Positions 1 through 13,330 of a stretch of 64,000 bases of DNA are shown one piece after another. Position 1 is the first letter of the stretch; the number at the start of each line of letters is the position of its first letter. Both the position numbers and the translations under genes were made by a program. The stretch is from Octopus sinensis (Eukaryota). A model generated the notes under the pieces. The model was not told the DNA's origin. It saw only the letters and a list, made by a program, of their open reading frames with translations, and did no database searches. Location of the stretch: positions 206,026,001-206,090,000 of the forward strand of contig NC_042998.1 of assembly GCF_006345805.1 (NCBI RefSeq), in the 5' to 3' direction.

Positions 1-1040
1 AGTGCAATTTTCTGTATGTTATATGTGTTTGTAAGTCCTGGTGTTTTTGTTATGTATTTGTCTGAATATTTTTTTATCATGCCTAATGCACCTACTAAGA
101 TAGGAATTGTTTCTGTTTTTAGATTCCACATTCTGGTTACCTCTATTTCCAGGTCTTTGTATTTTGAAAGTTTCTCCATCTCTTTTAGAGACACGTTGTC
201 ATCTGCTGGTATTGATACATCAATTAGAAAACATTATTTTTCTTCATGATCTCTAACAACTATATCTGGTCTGTTGGCCTTAATTTCTCTATCTGTGTGT
301 ATTGGCATTATGAATGCAAAACACCACGGAGGAATAGTAATCTTTAAATAGCGACGAGGATGGTTGCTTTCTCGTTTTCTGTGACCTTTTCTGGTGTGTG
401 CCTATACCATCTTTTTTCTGTTGTTATTCCATAATGTTGGCATAGCTTCCAGTGTATGTAGGTTCCAACTCTGTCGTGTCTGTGAATATATTCCTTCTTA
501 GCCAGGACTGGGCAGCCAGAGATAATATAATCTATTGTTTCTAGTCCATCTCCACATATTCTGCACTTACTTGTTATATTTCTTTTCATTACATGTTTTT
601 GGTAATTTCTGGTGGGGAGGCTTTGGTCTTGCACTGCAATTAAAAATCCCTCTGTCTCTGCTTTGAGTCCTGAGCTTCTCAACCATTGCTGGGATTTTTC
701 TTTGTCTATTTCTTTTGCATTTAGTTTAGTCCAGTATTTACCATGAAGGGGCTTTTCTTGCCATCACTTTACCATGGTTTTTTGCTGTTCTAGTTTTAGT
801 TTGGATTTCATTTGTTTTATAGCTTTTGTTGTTTCTTCATCTTCTTCTTCATATTTGTTAGGTGGTATGATTTCTTGTTTGTATTTGTCAGCTTCCTTAA
901 ATACTGAGAACAGTTTTTGTTTTGCTTGTGTTTTGCCGCTATTTGTATCAGTTTTCCTTACTTCTGAAGTAGATATTTTTGCAGTCCTATGGTGGTTATT
1001 TTATAGTAGTTTTCCAGCTGTATAAGGCCTCTACCACCTT

Positions 1041-2024
1041 CTATACGTTGTCAGATTTTGGGTGATGCATCCTAGATCCTGTCATTATTTTTCTTGTTTT
1101 CCTATCTATTTTGGTCAGCTCATTTAGTGTCCAGTTAAGGATATTGTAGCTGTAACTTATAACTGGGACAGCTAAAGTGTTGATACCTATTATCTTGTTT
1201 TTAGCCTTGAGCTCTGTTTTTAGTATTGATCTAGCTCGTCTATAATATTCTTTTTTTATTTTCTCTTTCATTTGTGTGTGTTGTGTCTTATCTAGTTCAT
1301 GGATTCCTAAGTATTTGTAAGTTTGGCTTTGGTCTAATTCTTTTATTTCATTGGTTTTATCTAGTGTGATGTTGCTACTCTTAACTAGTTTTCCTCTTTT
1401 CAGGGTTACTTTGGCACATTTTTCTAATCCAAATTTCATATCTATTTCTTTGCTAAATCCATGAAATGTCTTTAATAGTGTTTCCAGCTGTTTGTCATTT
1501 GCAGCGTATAGTTTTAGGTCATCCATATATAAAAGGTGGCTGATCGTTTTGCCGTAACATTTATATCCGCATCCAGTTCTATTTAGCATATCAGATAGAG
1601 GTGACAGTGCCAAGCAGAAAAGGAGTGGAGAGAGCATGTTTCCCTGGAATATTCCTCTTCTAATGGGGATGTCTTTGGTTTTCATGAGTCCCTCTTTTGT
1701 TTGGAGCTGTAGCGCTGTTTGCCATTTATTCATAGAGTGTCCTATGAATTTTATAATTGTTGGTACTACTTTGTTAATGGCTAGTGTTTCGAGGATCCAT
1801 GTGTGGAGGATGCTATCAAACGCCTTTTTGTAGTCGATCCAGGCCATACTGAGGCCTTTCTTCTTTCTGTGGCTGTCTTCAGTTATGGCTTTATTAATCA
1901 TTAGTTGATCTTTACAGCCATATGAGCCCTTGCGGCATCCTTTCTGCTCTGTTGGAAACAGGTTGTTTTCGTCCAGGTGCTTGTTCAACCCTTGCGATAT
2001 CACTGCAGTAAATGCCTTGTACAT
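1041..2024 (-). pseudogene. Reverse transcriptase domain of the R4/Dong element (frameshifted at both ends)
   Basis: 327-aa ORF containing YMDD and the other RT motifs; the neighbouring ORFs continue the same protein in other frames. Confidence 0.9.
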
Positions 2025-3898
2025 TGTAGGGAGACAGGTCTGTAGTTTTCTGGTTTTGCTGTCTCATTTGATTTGGGAATTAAGATAGTTTTCCCCTTCG
2101 TGAGCCATTCTGGCATTGTCTCTGGCTCTGCTAGTATGTTGTTAAAGTTTTCAGCCAGCTTTTTGTGCATTCCTGTTAGATATTTCAACCAGAAGTTGGG
2201 GATCTTGTCATGCCCAGGTACCTTCTGGTTGCTTAGTCTTTGCAGTGCCTGGGTGACCTCCTCAGTTGTTATGGGGGTCCAATGTTGCTCAGATGCTGAG
2301 TTTGTTGTTTTAATACTTCTTTTTTTTTTGGTTGTTCGTTCGCTGACCATATTTCTCTCCAGAATTCTTCCACTTCTTCTGCCGTTGGTGCTGCAGTGAT
2401 TTCTATTTTATTTTTGCCAAGTTCTTGGTAGAACTTTTTGGGGTTGGAGTTGGACTTTCTGGTGATTCTCGAACCGGCGGATCCTTTGTGCTTTGGCAAG
2501 GATATCTTGCTTTAGTTTTTCTTTTATCTCAGGTAAATCTTTTTCTGTGATGTTGTATTTGCGGAGTATTTTTGTTTTCTTTTTGTTGCTCAGTAGCGTT
2601 GATTGTCTACTGATTTCATTAAGAATCGACAGATCTTTTCTCATTTTTTGTATTTTATTTGGGATGTTATTTATCCACAGGGTTTGTTTGGGTGGTGGTA
2701 CTCCTGTTTGGATGGGTTTGAGTGAGTATCCAGCTTCTTTTGTGGCTGCAGTGGCTGCTGCGTATATTAAGTCATTTAGCTCAGTGATATCGCTTTTTGT
2801 TTCAGTGGCTATTAGTTCCGTGACGGCTAGGTTTATGCTGTTTATAATTGATGTTGTTGTTTCGTCTATTTTGATTTTTGGGAGGTATGGTTGGTGGTCC
2901 ATCTTGAGATCTGTGTTTTTCAGTTCTTTGATTATTCTACTTTTTGTAGTATCATAATCATTAGGCTCCCCTTCGTTGTTTCCAGCTTTTACATTTGTGT
3001 CACTTTTTTTCACGTTCGTATGTTTGTTTGTCGTGTATTATTATGCATCCTTATGGTCTGGGTTTGTTGTTTTTTGTTTACATCGTGTTTGTTGGGAATG
3101 TTATGTTTGTCTTCGTGTTTTACTGTTTCAGTGTTTATATTATTGGGCATTGTTGTGTGGCTTCTATCTACATTTTCCTGATGTATTTTTTCTTTTAGAT
3201 GTTCTATTTCTATTTCTGATATTTTTTTTGCGTTGAGAATGTATCTTCGTACGTTTGCTAGTTTATTAGGGTTCATTGCTGTACCCAAGTCTATATTTAT
3301 GTTATTTTCCTTCCATATTTTATATGTATGTGTTGTGTTTACATTTTTTGGGTAGAGCACTGCTGTGAATTATGCGTGTAGAATAGAAATGTAATCCTCA
3401 CGTGTCCATTTATGTCTTTTGGGTTTTATTTGCGGGACATGAGGAACAACGTCCGGTCCATTATTTTGACGGTCGTCATTTTCGTAGGGTACCGGTCCGT
3501 TCATTTCTGTTGTCACATTGTTTTGCACGTGTAGTTTTTCGTACATTTTGCATAACAAGTTTAAAGTACGTACTTCCCGATTGTTATTCTTAGGTTGAAT
3601 AATATCAGTGTTATTTAATTTCTTCATAGTTTTTTTTGTACATGGCGTTTGGGGTCGGGGATGATCTGGTGTTGATGGATTGTAATGTTCCATGCATGTT
3701 TACATGTGTTGTGTTAGAGGTGGAGATGATATCGAGTTAAAATACATCATTTCGTTTCGAAAATAGTAATAAATTTCAATGAGTATTACTTACTTGGATA
3801 TAGTCCAGTCCTTTGTTAGTAAATTTTTGGCTCCATACGATGTCTTTGTCTTTGATGTTTGTGGCTAGATTTCGGAGCACTGTTTTATCGCTCTCACA

Positions 3899-3990
3899 TG
3901 TTTAACATCCCCAGTGTGCTCTCGTTTAACGTCCCCAGTGTTCTCTCGTTTAACGTCCCCGGTGTTCTCTGTTTAACGTCCCCGGTGTTG
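3899..3990 (-). repeat. Four ~23-24 bp tandem repeats at the 5' end of the R4/Dong element
   Basis: GTTTAACRTCCCCRGTGTKCTCTC repeated four times on the plus strand. Confidence 0.85.
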
Positions 3991-4031
3991 TTATTATTAT
4001 TATTATTATGATTATGATTATTATTATTATT
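3991..4031. repeat. (TAA)n microsatellite, probable target site of the Dong-like element
   Basis: ttattattattattattatgattatgattattattattatt lies directly beside the element's 5' end. Confidence 0.85.
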
Positions 4032-4069
4032 CAAATAATTGTTCAAAAAAGAAAAACAGAAAAAAGAAG

Positions 4070-4346
4070 TGTTGTTGTTTGTTCCTTCTTGAGCCATGTC
4101 TGGCACATAAAGGCCAGTTTCCTGGTTTCATTGGCATATTGGTTCTCCAGGTGAGCTGCTAGATGCAGGAGGAAAGAGAGAGAAAGTTGTGGCGAAAGAG
4201 TCAGTAGAGGTTTGCCATTAGCTTCTGCTGGAGCCACGTGGAGCTTAAGTGTTTCATTCAAAAACACACACTGCCTGGTCTGAGATTCGAACCTGCAATC
4301 CCTTGACCATGAGTCTGCTGCTCTAACCACTAGGCCATGTGCCTCC
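4070..4346 (-). mobile_element. tRNA-derived SINE
   Basis: Minus-strand head with A box TGGCCTAGTGG and B box GGTTCGAATC, and a (CAA)n tail. Confidence 0.75.
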
Positions 4347-7004
4347 TTAGAAAAGGAAATAGTGTCTATATATGATGATGGTGATGACAATATAGTCACT
4401 GACCATGAGATTCTCTGGAGAATCTTGGAAACCAAGGCAGAAAGTTAAGTGAATTTATAACAGATATAATATGATGCAGCAGTCATAATTGATTCAAATA
4501 CCATACTCTAAGTTATTTTGCCTAACAATCTGACCGATGTCAAAGGTCGTCCTCTGGATGCATCATGCCCAATAATAGATATATATTTTAGGCTGCCTCT
4601 GTCTTAAAACCAAAAATTGAAATTTAGAAAAAAAAGAAAGAGAAAAATATAGAAATGTCTGTAAAATGAAAGTAAAATTTTAAGAAAGTCTGATTTTAAT
4701 GGAAGTGGTCTCAGAAAAGAAAAAATCCTTTTATTTGTATTTGACAGACATTCATGAGTCAATGGCTCATTTTGGTAAATATAATAAGAGGAAATAAATA
4801 GAGAAGAAAGCTCAGTGATTAATGCCCAATGATAATGGTGAGCTGCAACTGCGTTACAGTCATTCTAGTGTTACCTTCAGTCAAGGAATAATACTTAGTT
4901 GACTGAAAATAAATACCAACTTAGTCCTGTTATAGTTGTTTAGTAGCAAGACAGCCCTGACTAAGAAGAACTTTGATCAAAGACATTTCAGCTGTAACCA
5001 TCCCATTATTTATATAGCAAGAACTACCTTATCCAATGTGGCCTTTCTGCTTTAAAATAGTATGGTATAATTTGAGAGAGATTTGGCTATTTCTGACAGA
5101 TCAAGCATATAGCGGCTCTGTCATTAGTTCGCATATCTACTCATAAACACACTTGCATCACCAATATAAATAGACAGACAGACAGACAGAATGACAAACA
5201 GATACATATACACGAACACATGTGTACAGATACACAACTGTAGAAATACACTGGTGAGGCTGTCCATGGATTTGAGAACCGCAATAATAAAGACTGAACT
5301 TCATTTGTGCAATTTGACAGAGATAACTACTACCTATCTGTTTCCTTGATTTTTACTAAACAAGGTCATGAAGAGCACAAATATGACCAAAGACAGGATG
5401 GAGACTATTGTTTTAGCTCGGGAGAATGCTTATCTCTTTCCAGGAGGAAACATGGGAATGATGTTCTGCTGAATTAGAAAGCTGAGAAAATATGTCTACT
5501 CCTTCTTTAGAAGCTTGAACCTATCTCTCTCCTTCAAAAAGAGTAACAAAAAAAGCTAACTTGTTTAGATGTTACCATTGAACCTAGACTCCAAACTGTA
5601 TTATCATTAACCCTACCACAAACCAAACCAGAGTCTCCCCTACATCCAGAGATTTAGAATTATATCAGATCCATTACTGATGAGTCAGAAAGCTATCAAT
5701 TAAAGTATCCCACCTTTCTGCTAATCAAAGAATATTCAATAATAATGCAGGATATTATAAAGAGACTCTCGGTAGACGTGGTTAAAGTGAAAGGATTAAA
5801 CTTATTACAGATTCTAAAGTTCAGTAAGTCTTCAATGAATGCAGGAATACTGTGAAAACAAGAAAGTGTAGTGAAACCCCTCTAGATACTGTTGTAGCCT
5901 ATGATAAGAGAAGGACACTGGGATACACAAGTAATGCTGATAAGACCAATAGGGCACTACCTCTTCTTGAAGTGACTAACTTCCTTGAAACCCCACCCCA
6001 GACAACTCCAGGAATGTAGGGGTGAAATTAAAGAAAGAGATGCAACCCTTTGCTAACCTGTTTGTGTGCCATAATTGGGGCATGTTGGCAGGTGTTGTCA
6101 TCCTCAATGATTGTTATGTACCTCAGGCTTTTTGTGAGGGTTTAAAACATCTTATGGTGTGGGCACAAGACCAGAGAGATCTATGGACATACTCTACCCA
6201 TTTCTGCTATTGTTACTCAATGCAAAGAAAGCTTTGCTGGCCAATGCTCTTGTGCTGAACAACAGACCATATTGGATATTATATTTTTGAGCTATCCCCA
6301 CACCAACAAAGAATGATGACCACTCAACTACATCAACATCATTGGCAGAGATACACAACATGGAATTAGGGACCAACCAAAATTAATGACATAGTCTAGT
6401 GAAATATATCTTGGCTGCAGCCTCTTGAAGAAAAACATGGTGATGTGTGGAGCTGTTCCATTCATCTTGGAACAGAGATGATATTAGACCATTTCCAATA
6501 AGGAGGAGGATGAGGCTTAAATAAAAATAAAACAAGTTGCCATTTTCTTACTAATGCTCTCACCAACATGACCACAACAATTACTATCACTACTATTATA
6601 GCTGCAATCACTACAAGAAAGTCTTCAAAAGAGTTGACTGTTTATATCAGTTCCTTTTTGTTACTCTCAGAAAATGTTTGTTGCAATTTTTTTTTTCATA
6701 TTTTATAAATATTTATAAAAATTATTAAAACCAAGCAGATATAAAATTTGTTTCAAGTGACTGAAATATAGCTCTACATGACAAAAGTATTTTCCTTTTA
6801 AAAAAAAGTATCTTTGTATCAAAAAAACATACTGCTTAGCACAAGTTGAAGAAGCTGGATAACAAACCCGTTGTCTCCTTAAAAACATTGATATTTAGGT
6901 CATAATTTCTGGATTCTAGAACCAGTGGCTGCTACATTTATACTTGAGGATAAAACAACAATTTGAGAGAGAACATATTTTCATCAATTATTTTTAATAC
7001 ATAC

Positions 7005-7390
7005 AAGTAGCTTGCTTACCAACCACATGGTTTCGGGTTCATTCCCACTGTGTGGCACTTTAGGCAAGCGTCTTCTACTATAGCCTTGGGTCGACCAAAG
7101 CCTTGTGAGTGGATTCGGTAAACAGAAACTGAAAGAAACCCATCGTATATATGTATATATATGTATGTGTGTGTATATGTTTGTGTGTCTATGTTTGTCC
7201 CCCCAACATCTCTTGACAACAGATGGTGTGTGTTTACATACCCCGTAACTTAGTGGTTCGGCAAAAAGAGACCGCTAGAATCAGTACTAGGCTTACAATG
7301 AGTAAGTCCTGGGGTCGATTTGCTCAACTAAAGGCAGTTCTCCAGCATAGCCGCAGTCAAATGAAACAAGTAAAAGAGTAAATAAAATAA
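7005..7390 (+). mobile_element. SINE family A (tRNA-like head, GGCAAGTGTCTTCTACTATAGCC core, internal TA/TG microsatellite, LINE-like tail)
   Basis: The same sequence recurs at about 16772-17160(+), 37340-38240(+), 52670-53070(-), 53980-54335(-), 58620-58795(-) and 63447-63835(+). Confidence 0.85.
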
Positions 7391-7489
7391 TGATTTCTAG
7401 TGGCCCAAAACTATTTGATATATGCAGCAGCAGCAACAACAACAACAACAACACTGTCTCTGGCTGACAGAAATGAGAGCTCAAAACAC

Positions 7490-7675
7490 TAATTATAACT
7501 ATTCAGAAACAAACCATTAGAACAAATCTGATAAAAGCAAAGATTAAAAAAACTCAGTCAAACAGCAAATGTAGAATCTGCAGGAAAGAAGACAACCATA
7601 TCAAACACCGTTTGACTGAGAGCAGTGTACTAACACAAAAGGAGTATAAGTGCAGGCATGACTGTGTAGGTAAAT
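7490..7675 (+). pseudogene. Old R4/Dong-like fragment (zinc-knuckle region)
   Basis: Translates as QKQTIRTNLIKAKIKKTQSNSKCRIC...QKEYKCRHDCVGK, which parallels the 344-682 ORF. Confidence 0.7.
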
Positions 7676-9611
7676 TGTGACTTCAATTTATTGTTTTATA
7701 CTTGTTACAGGTTAAACTCAAGGCATATTGGCATTATCCCAAACCCAAAAATATACCTTTAGCAAAATCCTGATTGCATAACATTTTCTTAAACACATCG
7801 TCTGAATTGAATATTTTTAACTTATTCAAATGTACAACTTTTGTGAGTTTACTCATCTACATTTCTAAATTTGTTTATAAAAAAAAAGGCATTTTTGTCA
7901 GTCAGATTTTCTCATTATGGCTTAACACAAAATTCTAACCAAATTATCATTAATTCTAATTAAATGGAGCTGGAGTATAAAACTGTTCTTGTTAAACCAG
8001 TATCAAAGCATAGGATAATACTAAGCTTGGACCAACTATAAAGTATTTCAATTGAATAACCTGAAAGACAGACATTAAATGATAATGAGCCTAAATTGAC
8101 ACAAAATATAACTGTTTGCCAAGGGCAACACAAGTTGTTGAGTGTCAGCAGTAGTCCGAAGTATCAATGACCAATGAACCATCACTGGCTCAGTTACTTA
8201 ACTCTAAATAGGTATCATGAGGAGATGAAGCCTATAATATTGCAAACCTCAAAAGCTCTACTAAATATTTTATAGGCCTCACAGGACTACGTTTACATAC
8301 AAGCAAAAATGAATCAGGTGGTGGGAGGATGAGTGGTAGTAAAGGGTGGTTGGAGGAAGGGTGGTGATAGTAAGAGATGAGGGTCTTGAGTTGAGAATTA
8401 TTAGTTTATATCTTATAACTGGAATGGCTGAGCAAGGGACTAAAATAATTTATAATATATACTCTCAATCCCCTACATTCTTAGATAAACTTTTCCCTCT
8501 ACAGTTCAAATTGTTGGTGTTGATTATTCTCCCTTTCATCCTCTTCCTGTATTACCTAACCTTTCATTTAATATCAATTTCCCTGTCTCTCCCCCCCCTC
8601 TCTCTCTCATTCAGGTAAAAAAAAGAGTCACAAAACCTCAGCTTCTCTAGATTAGTGTCAATACAATTAAATATATTCTTCTCCTCCAATAACAATTAAT
8701 TTTGTACTGAATCAAAACAACTAAATCTGACCAAAATAGTTAATTCCACTGAGTTCGATCACCTTAAACTATTGAAGACAAACTAACAGCAACAGAATAA
8801 GCAAATATCTCTGAGCACAGAAATTAAATTGTGAAAGTCTGCAAATAGATTGGCTTTCATTTGGTTCTTATTCGTTGTTGACAAATGGCCAAACAACATA
8901 AAAGAAATCTTATAATCTTTCTACATGAATCTTTCCTGATAAAAGGAAAACAATATTCATAGTCTGCTGACAAAGTGAATTCACACTCATCAATTAAATT
9001 TACAATTGAATTAATTAAGTTAATTAACATAATGCTAATTCTTGGGTATGCGGGTATTTTGAAAACACCTCACAGAATGACAACCATACCCTGCATAGTT
9101 ATGAGTTGATTTTGACAAGGTGTATCACCCGTTTGGCCACCCTTTTGCTAGGGATACAGCAAAGTCATGGGAGTGCAGCATGGCAGATTGTGAAGAGGAA
9201 GCAGAAAAGCTCAACTGAGCCAATGGTGTTTCTTAGATTGATGCTGAGTGGAGGAATCCCAGAAGATCAATGGTCCGGATCCCCAAGCTTTATCAAAAGA
9301 GTAACTGCAACACATTCATTGGGGATGGGGGGGGGGTCCATGGCTGTGTGTAATCAGCTAATGAAAGATTCACTCTGGCTCAAGCTTCCAATTCAAATTC
9401 ATAATAATAGAATTGGATGGCAACAGAGAGTCATGACTCTCCCCAGACACAACAAAATATGCTTCAACACACGAATTCACAAAAAGAATCTTGCAAACCA
9501 AATCCAAAAACGAAACATGATAAGTAGTTAAAAAGAATATCTTCACCGCAAAGATTTTAGACTAAAAGTCAATTTAACATAAAACATTGTGTAAAAGAAT
9601 TTTACCACAAT

Positions 9612-9903
9612 TCAAAAAACACCATCCGAACATGGCCGTTGCCAGCGCCGCCTTGGCTGGCTTCCACATAAAAAGCTCCAACCAATCGTGGCCGATGCCA
9701 GACCCCCCTGGCACCTGTGCAGGTGGCACGTAAAAAGCACCCACTACACTCGCGGAGTGGTTGGCGTTAGGAAGGGCATCCAGCTGTAGAAACTCTGCCA
9801 GATCAGACTGGAGCCTGGTGCAGCCCCTGGCTTCCCAGACCCCGGTCGAACAGACCAACCTGTGCTAGCACGGAAAACAGACGTTAAACAATGATGATGA
9901 TGA
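9612..9903 (+). mobile_element. SINE-like family B (internal ~60-bp repeats, GGTTGGCGTTAGGAAGGGCATCCAGC core, (GAT)n tail)
   Basis: Sequence shared with many other copies in the window. Confidence 0.85.
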
Positions 9904-10379
9904 GGAACACTAGTGAGCTTATTTGGTGGTGGAGAGGAACAGATAATTTAGTAGCATAGAAGGGTGATCAAAGTAAGATATGAGTGGAGAGAGACAATGT
10001 TAAGAATAAAAGATGGATGTGAAGAAATATAAGGTGAGAGTGGTAACAGAAGGTATCACAGAAAAAGAAGATGATGAAATATTTAATTCTACCCTAATTT
10101 AATTACAGTAGCAGAACATTGAAGTTCGGCACGTAATGGAGGGATTAGAGATAGTGAGATGAAAAATTTGTGGAGATGATTTGACATAGAAATTTCACAA
10201 GTGGCCCAGTTATGTATGTGAGTATATATATATATATATATTATGCTTCCAAAATCTCAGTTTCACCAAGATGGATGGGTTTTCTCATGCACCACATATC
10301 ACCAGTCATCCCAATCTTTTGTCATCTCCAAAATTTCATTTTGTGTCTTTTTGTGTATTCCTCATTCACAAACTCTATC

Positions 10380-10665
10380 CATCATCATCGTTTAATGTCC
10401 GCTTTCCATGCTGGCATGGTTTGGATGGTTTGATTGGAGACTGGAAAGCCAGGAGGCCGCACAGGCTCCAATCTTGATCTGGCAATGTTTCTACAGCTGG
10501 ATGCCTTTCCTAATGCCAACCACTCCAAGAGTGTAGTGGGTACTTTTTACGTACCCCTGGCACAGGGAGCCAGTCAGGCAGTGACCCACGCATGAATGAA
10601 TGGTGCTTATCATGTGCCACCAGCACTGGTAATGGCCACAACTACAATTTCCATTTGATTATGTT
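10380..10665 (-). mobile_element. SINE-like family B copy
   Basis: (CAT)n followed by the reverse complement of the family B tail and core. Confidence 0.8.
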
Positions 10666-11159
10666 AAGCAATTGGCTGTCTTCATCCATATGCACCACAA
10701 GTTCATAACAATGCAGTCCTCTTTCCTGCATACCACATCTGATTCCTCTTTAGGCCAGACCTATGATTAAAGATGATCATATGATCATTCCATGATGATC
10801 CATGACCATTCTAACCTTCTTTTAGATATTGTGTGTCCTTAAAGATGATACAGTGTAATTTGAGACAGTTTATGCTGTTGTTTCTGGCAGTTCCAGTGAC
10901 TACATAGAAACTCTGTTGTTGGCCTGTAATCTGCTCATTTGCTCCTAGCTCATAGACATTTTTCATTTCAACTAAAACATACAGCTAATTGATACCATTC
11001 GGTATTACATCCCCAAGACTATTCTGTTGGCTTTAACACACAAAACTCCAATCTAATTGTAAATAATTATAGTTCACTCTTAAACACTCGAAGCACTTTA
11101 TAATTTATTGGAGTTTTCCTAGCCTGCAGAGCTTGCTAGACTAAAGTCTTTCTCAAGAT

Positions 11160-11471
11160 CAGTGGTTTTCAACTGGGGTTCATATATGATTTTTGGAGGT
11201 CCACTCAAGCAAGATAGTAAATTGGGAACCTACAATAGTATATTAAGGGTCCATCAAAAAGTTTTGAATCGGATGTGTTTATTGCAAGAAACAGCTAAAT
11301 TTCTTTCTTAAATGTTTTACATAGCTTTACCTACACAAGTTAATGTGTGAAAAAAAAAATAGTAATTTTGAAAGAAGTATTTATGAAACATGATTTTAAA
11401 CATTAAATGGTTATGGGGGCCCACCAGAATAAAATAGAAATCAAAGGAGTTCATATGGTTGAGAGTCACTG
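11160..11471. mobile_element. hAT (Charlie/Buster-type) MITE
   Basis: TIRs CAGTGGTTTTCAAC / GTTGAGAGTCACTG; 8-bp TSD CTCAAGAT / CTCTAGAT. Confidence 0.85.
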
Positions 11472-11953
11472 CTCTAGATCTTGAGAAAGTATTAAAAAAA
11501 CTTCTGGAACTGCTTCAGACTAGTGCAGCCATCCTACTGTAGTGTTAAAAGAGCAACTGTTACCAAGCTGAACCTGTTTGATGGTTTGTGTTCATCACCA
11601 TTACACCATCTCCTTGATGAAGATACTTTTAATCCTAATTCAACTAGGACATAGACATAGAAGATGTCTTTTGATCATGAAGGAGCTTTCAATTAATTCT
11701 AATTTTTTAATCCATTTAAACAAACGAAGGAAAAATATTCCTTAGCTAAGAGACCAATTTACCTGAGGTAACACACTCAACTGACTGGGTACCTATTGTC
11801 AACAAATCAGTGAAATAAGCCATGTATGCAATAAGCACAATGGGTAAGTGTAGCTCAGCCTTATATCAGTGCACACAAAAATGAGTGTTTCATTAACTTG
11901 CAACTCATTAACATTTAAACCATCCTATAGGTATGAGGAAATTAATGAAAATA

Positions 11954-12182
11954 TTAACCCTTTAGCATTTAAATAGGGCATATTTGACCCAAATATCTGA
12001 CCTCTGTTTATGTTCAACCTGGCCAGATTAAGCCTCTTACACTTACCCTACAATGTCATTCTAATAATAAACAATCACATCATTGAAATCTCAAAGCTAT
12101 AAGATCAGGTCTGATTAATTCCAAACAATGTGTATAAATAAGCATTACATTTGACAGAGTAATCCAACTGCTAAAGGATTAA
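11954..12182. mobile_element. piggyBac-type MITE
   Basis: TTAA-CCCTTTAGCA ... TGCTAAAGGA-TTAA; homologous copies at 39621-39847, 43852-44058 and about 51915-52100. Confidence 0.8.
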
Positions 12183-13099
12183 TCTTACCTCAATGATATT
12201 AATCTGGTCCAGTTTTGGTGGAAACGTCACTGAGAGCAAATCAGATTCTATAACAAGTCATCAGATGACTCAAACTGAAAATGGAAAGAAAAATAAATAA
12301 TGTTTCTCCTGGAATCTATAAGACATGCATTAACCCTTCCATAACTATATTCCTAATTAAAAACAGGCTCTATGTTTTAATTCATTTAGAAAATAATGAA
12401 AAATTCTGAAGAGATTTAGGAAAATATCTAAATTTTTCATCCTTTAAATTACATATGGAACATAAAAGGTCCAAAATGGAAGATTTCAGTTTAGACATAT
12501 ATTTCGTCGTTTATCTTTTACTTGTTTCACTCATTTGACTTTGGCCATGCTGGGGCATCACCTTTAAGAATTTAAGTTGAATGAATAAACCCCAGCACTT
12601 ACTTTTTTAAACCTCATATTTATTCTATCAGTCTCTTTTGCTGAACTGCTAAGTCAGAGGATGTAAACTTACCAACACCAGTTTTCTGCTAGGGGGTGGG
12701 GGTGAGGTTAAAGTATGAGAGAAGAGGGGAGACAGAGCATGTTGTTGTTGAGGAGTTACATGGCTATTTGCCTTTAGAAAGAAAGGTGAGAATGATCAGT
12801 AGAGCAACAAGGTATCTAGGTGGTCCCTCAAGGTAGGATGTGTGGAGAAGAAAGTAGGGAAGAGGAATTAAGGAGCACAAATGGGTGGAGATTGCCAGAG
12901 TATATGGGAGAGCAAGACTTCTTTAAGAAGGGAGCGGAAGTAGGCAACAACTGTAAAGATTGGGTAGGGGTCAAAGGGTGGATAAGGAATGGGAGGGGTG
13001 ACCAATGATGCATGGGAAAGGCCGAGAGATGCAGAAGGGACCAGAGTGAGAGCAACAGGATAGTAAGGATGATAAGTTGGCAGAGGGAGGATAAGAGAT

Positions 13100-13330
13100 C
13101 ATTGTTTACTATCTCATCCCAAATCTTCCTTGGACTCCATCTTCCACAGGTACCATTCACTTTGAATGCTCAGCACTTGCTTATGTAACTGTCCTCTTCC
13201 ATTCACATCACTTGCCCTTCCTTGTACTGTCCCCTTTCTTTGCATGCTACACCTGATTCCTCTTAGACTCGATTTCTTTCACAATTCATTTATACTTTGC
13301 CATTCATTGCACACTAACATGGCACATCCA
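13100..13330 (-). pseudogene. RTE-clade LINE 3' fragment
   Basis: Translates to GTCGRWSPRKIWDEIVNNDL (RTE C-terminal GRPRKTW-like), with a decayed LREKL..WYGH-type region upstream. Confidence 0.55.

Larger units (their letters stand above)
1..3990 (-). mobile_element. R4/Dong-clade non-LTR retrotransposon (RT + CCHC + restriction-like endonuclease), 5' end present, frameshifted; 3' end lies outside the window
   Basis: Consecutive minus-strand ORF pieces: N-terminal KRHKWTRED..KLANVRRYI; RT motifs PGHDKIPNFWLK, EQKGC, WIDYKKAFDS, GIFQGNMLSP, LLYMDDLK, FGLEKC, YKYLG; zinc knuckle CRIC...RHD; RLE NRPDIV..LIDVSIP..EKLSKYKDL read from about 300 towards 130. Confidence 0.93.

Noticed and set aside
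4270-4346. tRNA gene
   Set aside because: A and B boxes are present, but it continues into a SINE body and tail and has no complete acceptor stem.
5677-5691. CTGATGA-GTCA-GAAA hammerhead core
   Set aside because: There is no room for stem II and no stem I/III pairing.
5240-6520. Decayed LTR-retrotransposon pol (also about 50100-51450 and 38250-38800)
   Set aside because: The composition looks coding-like, but no unambiguous motifs can be recovered by eye, so these are left unannotated.
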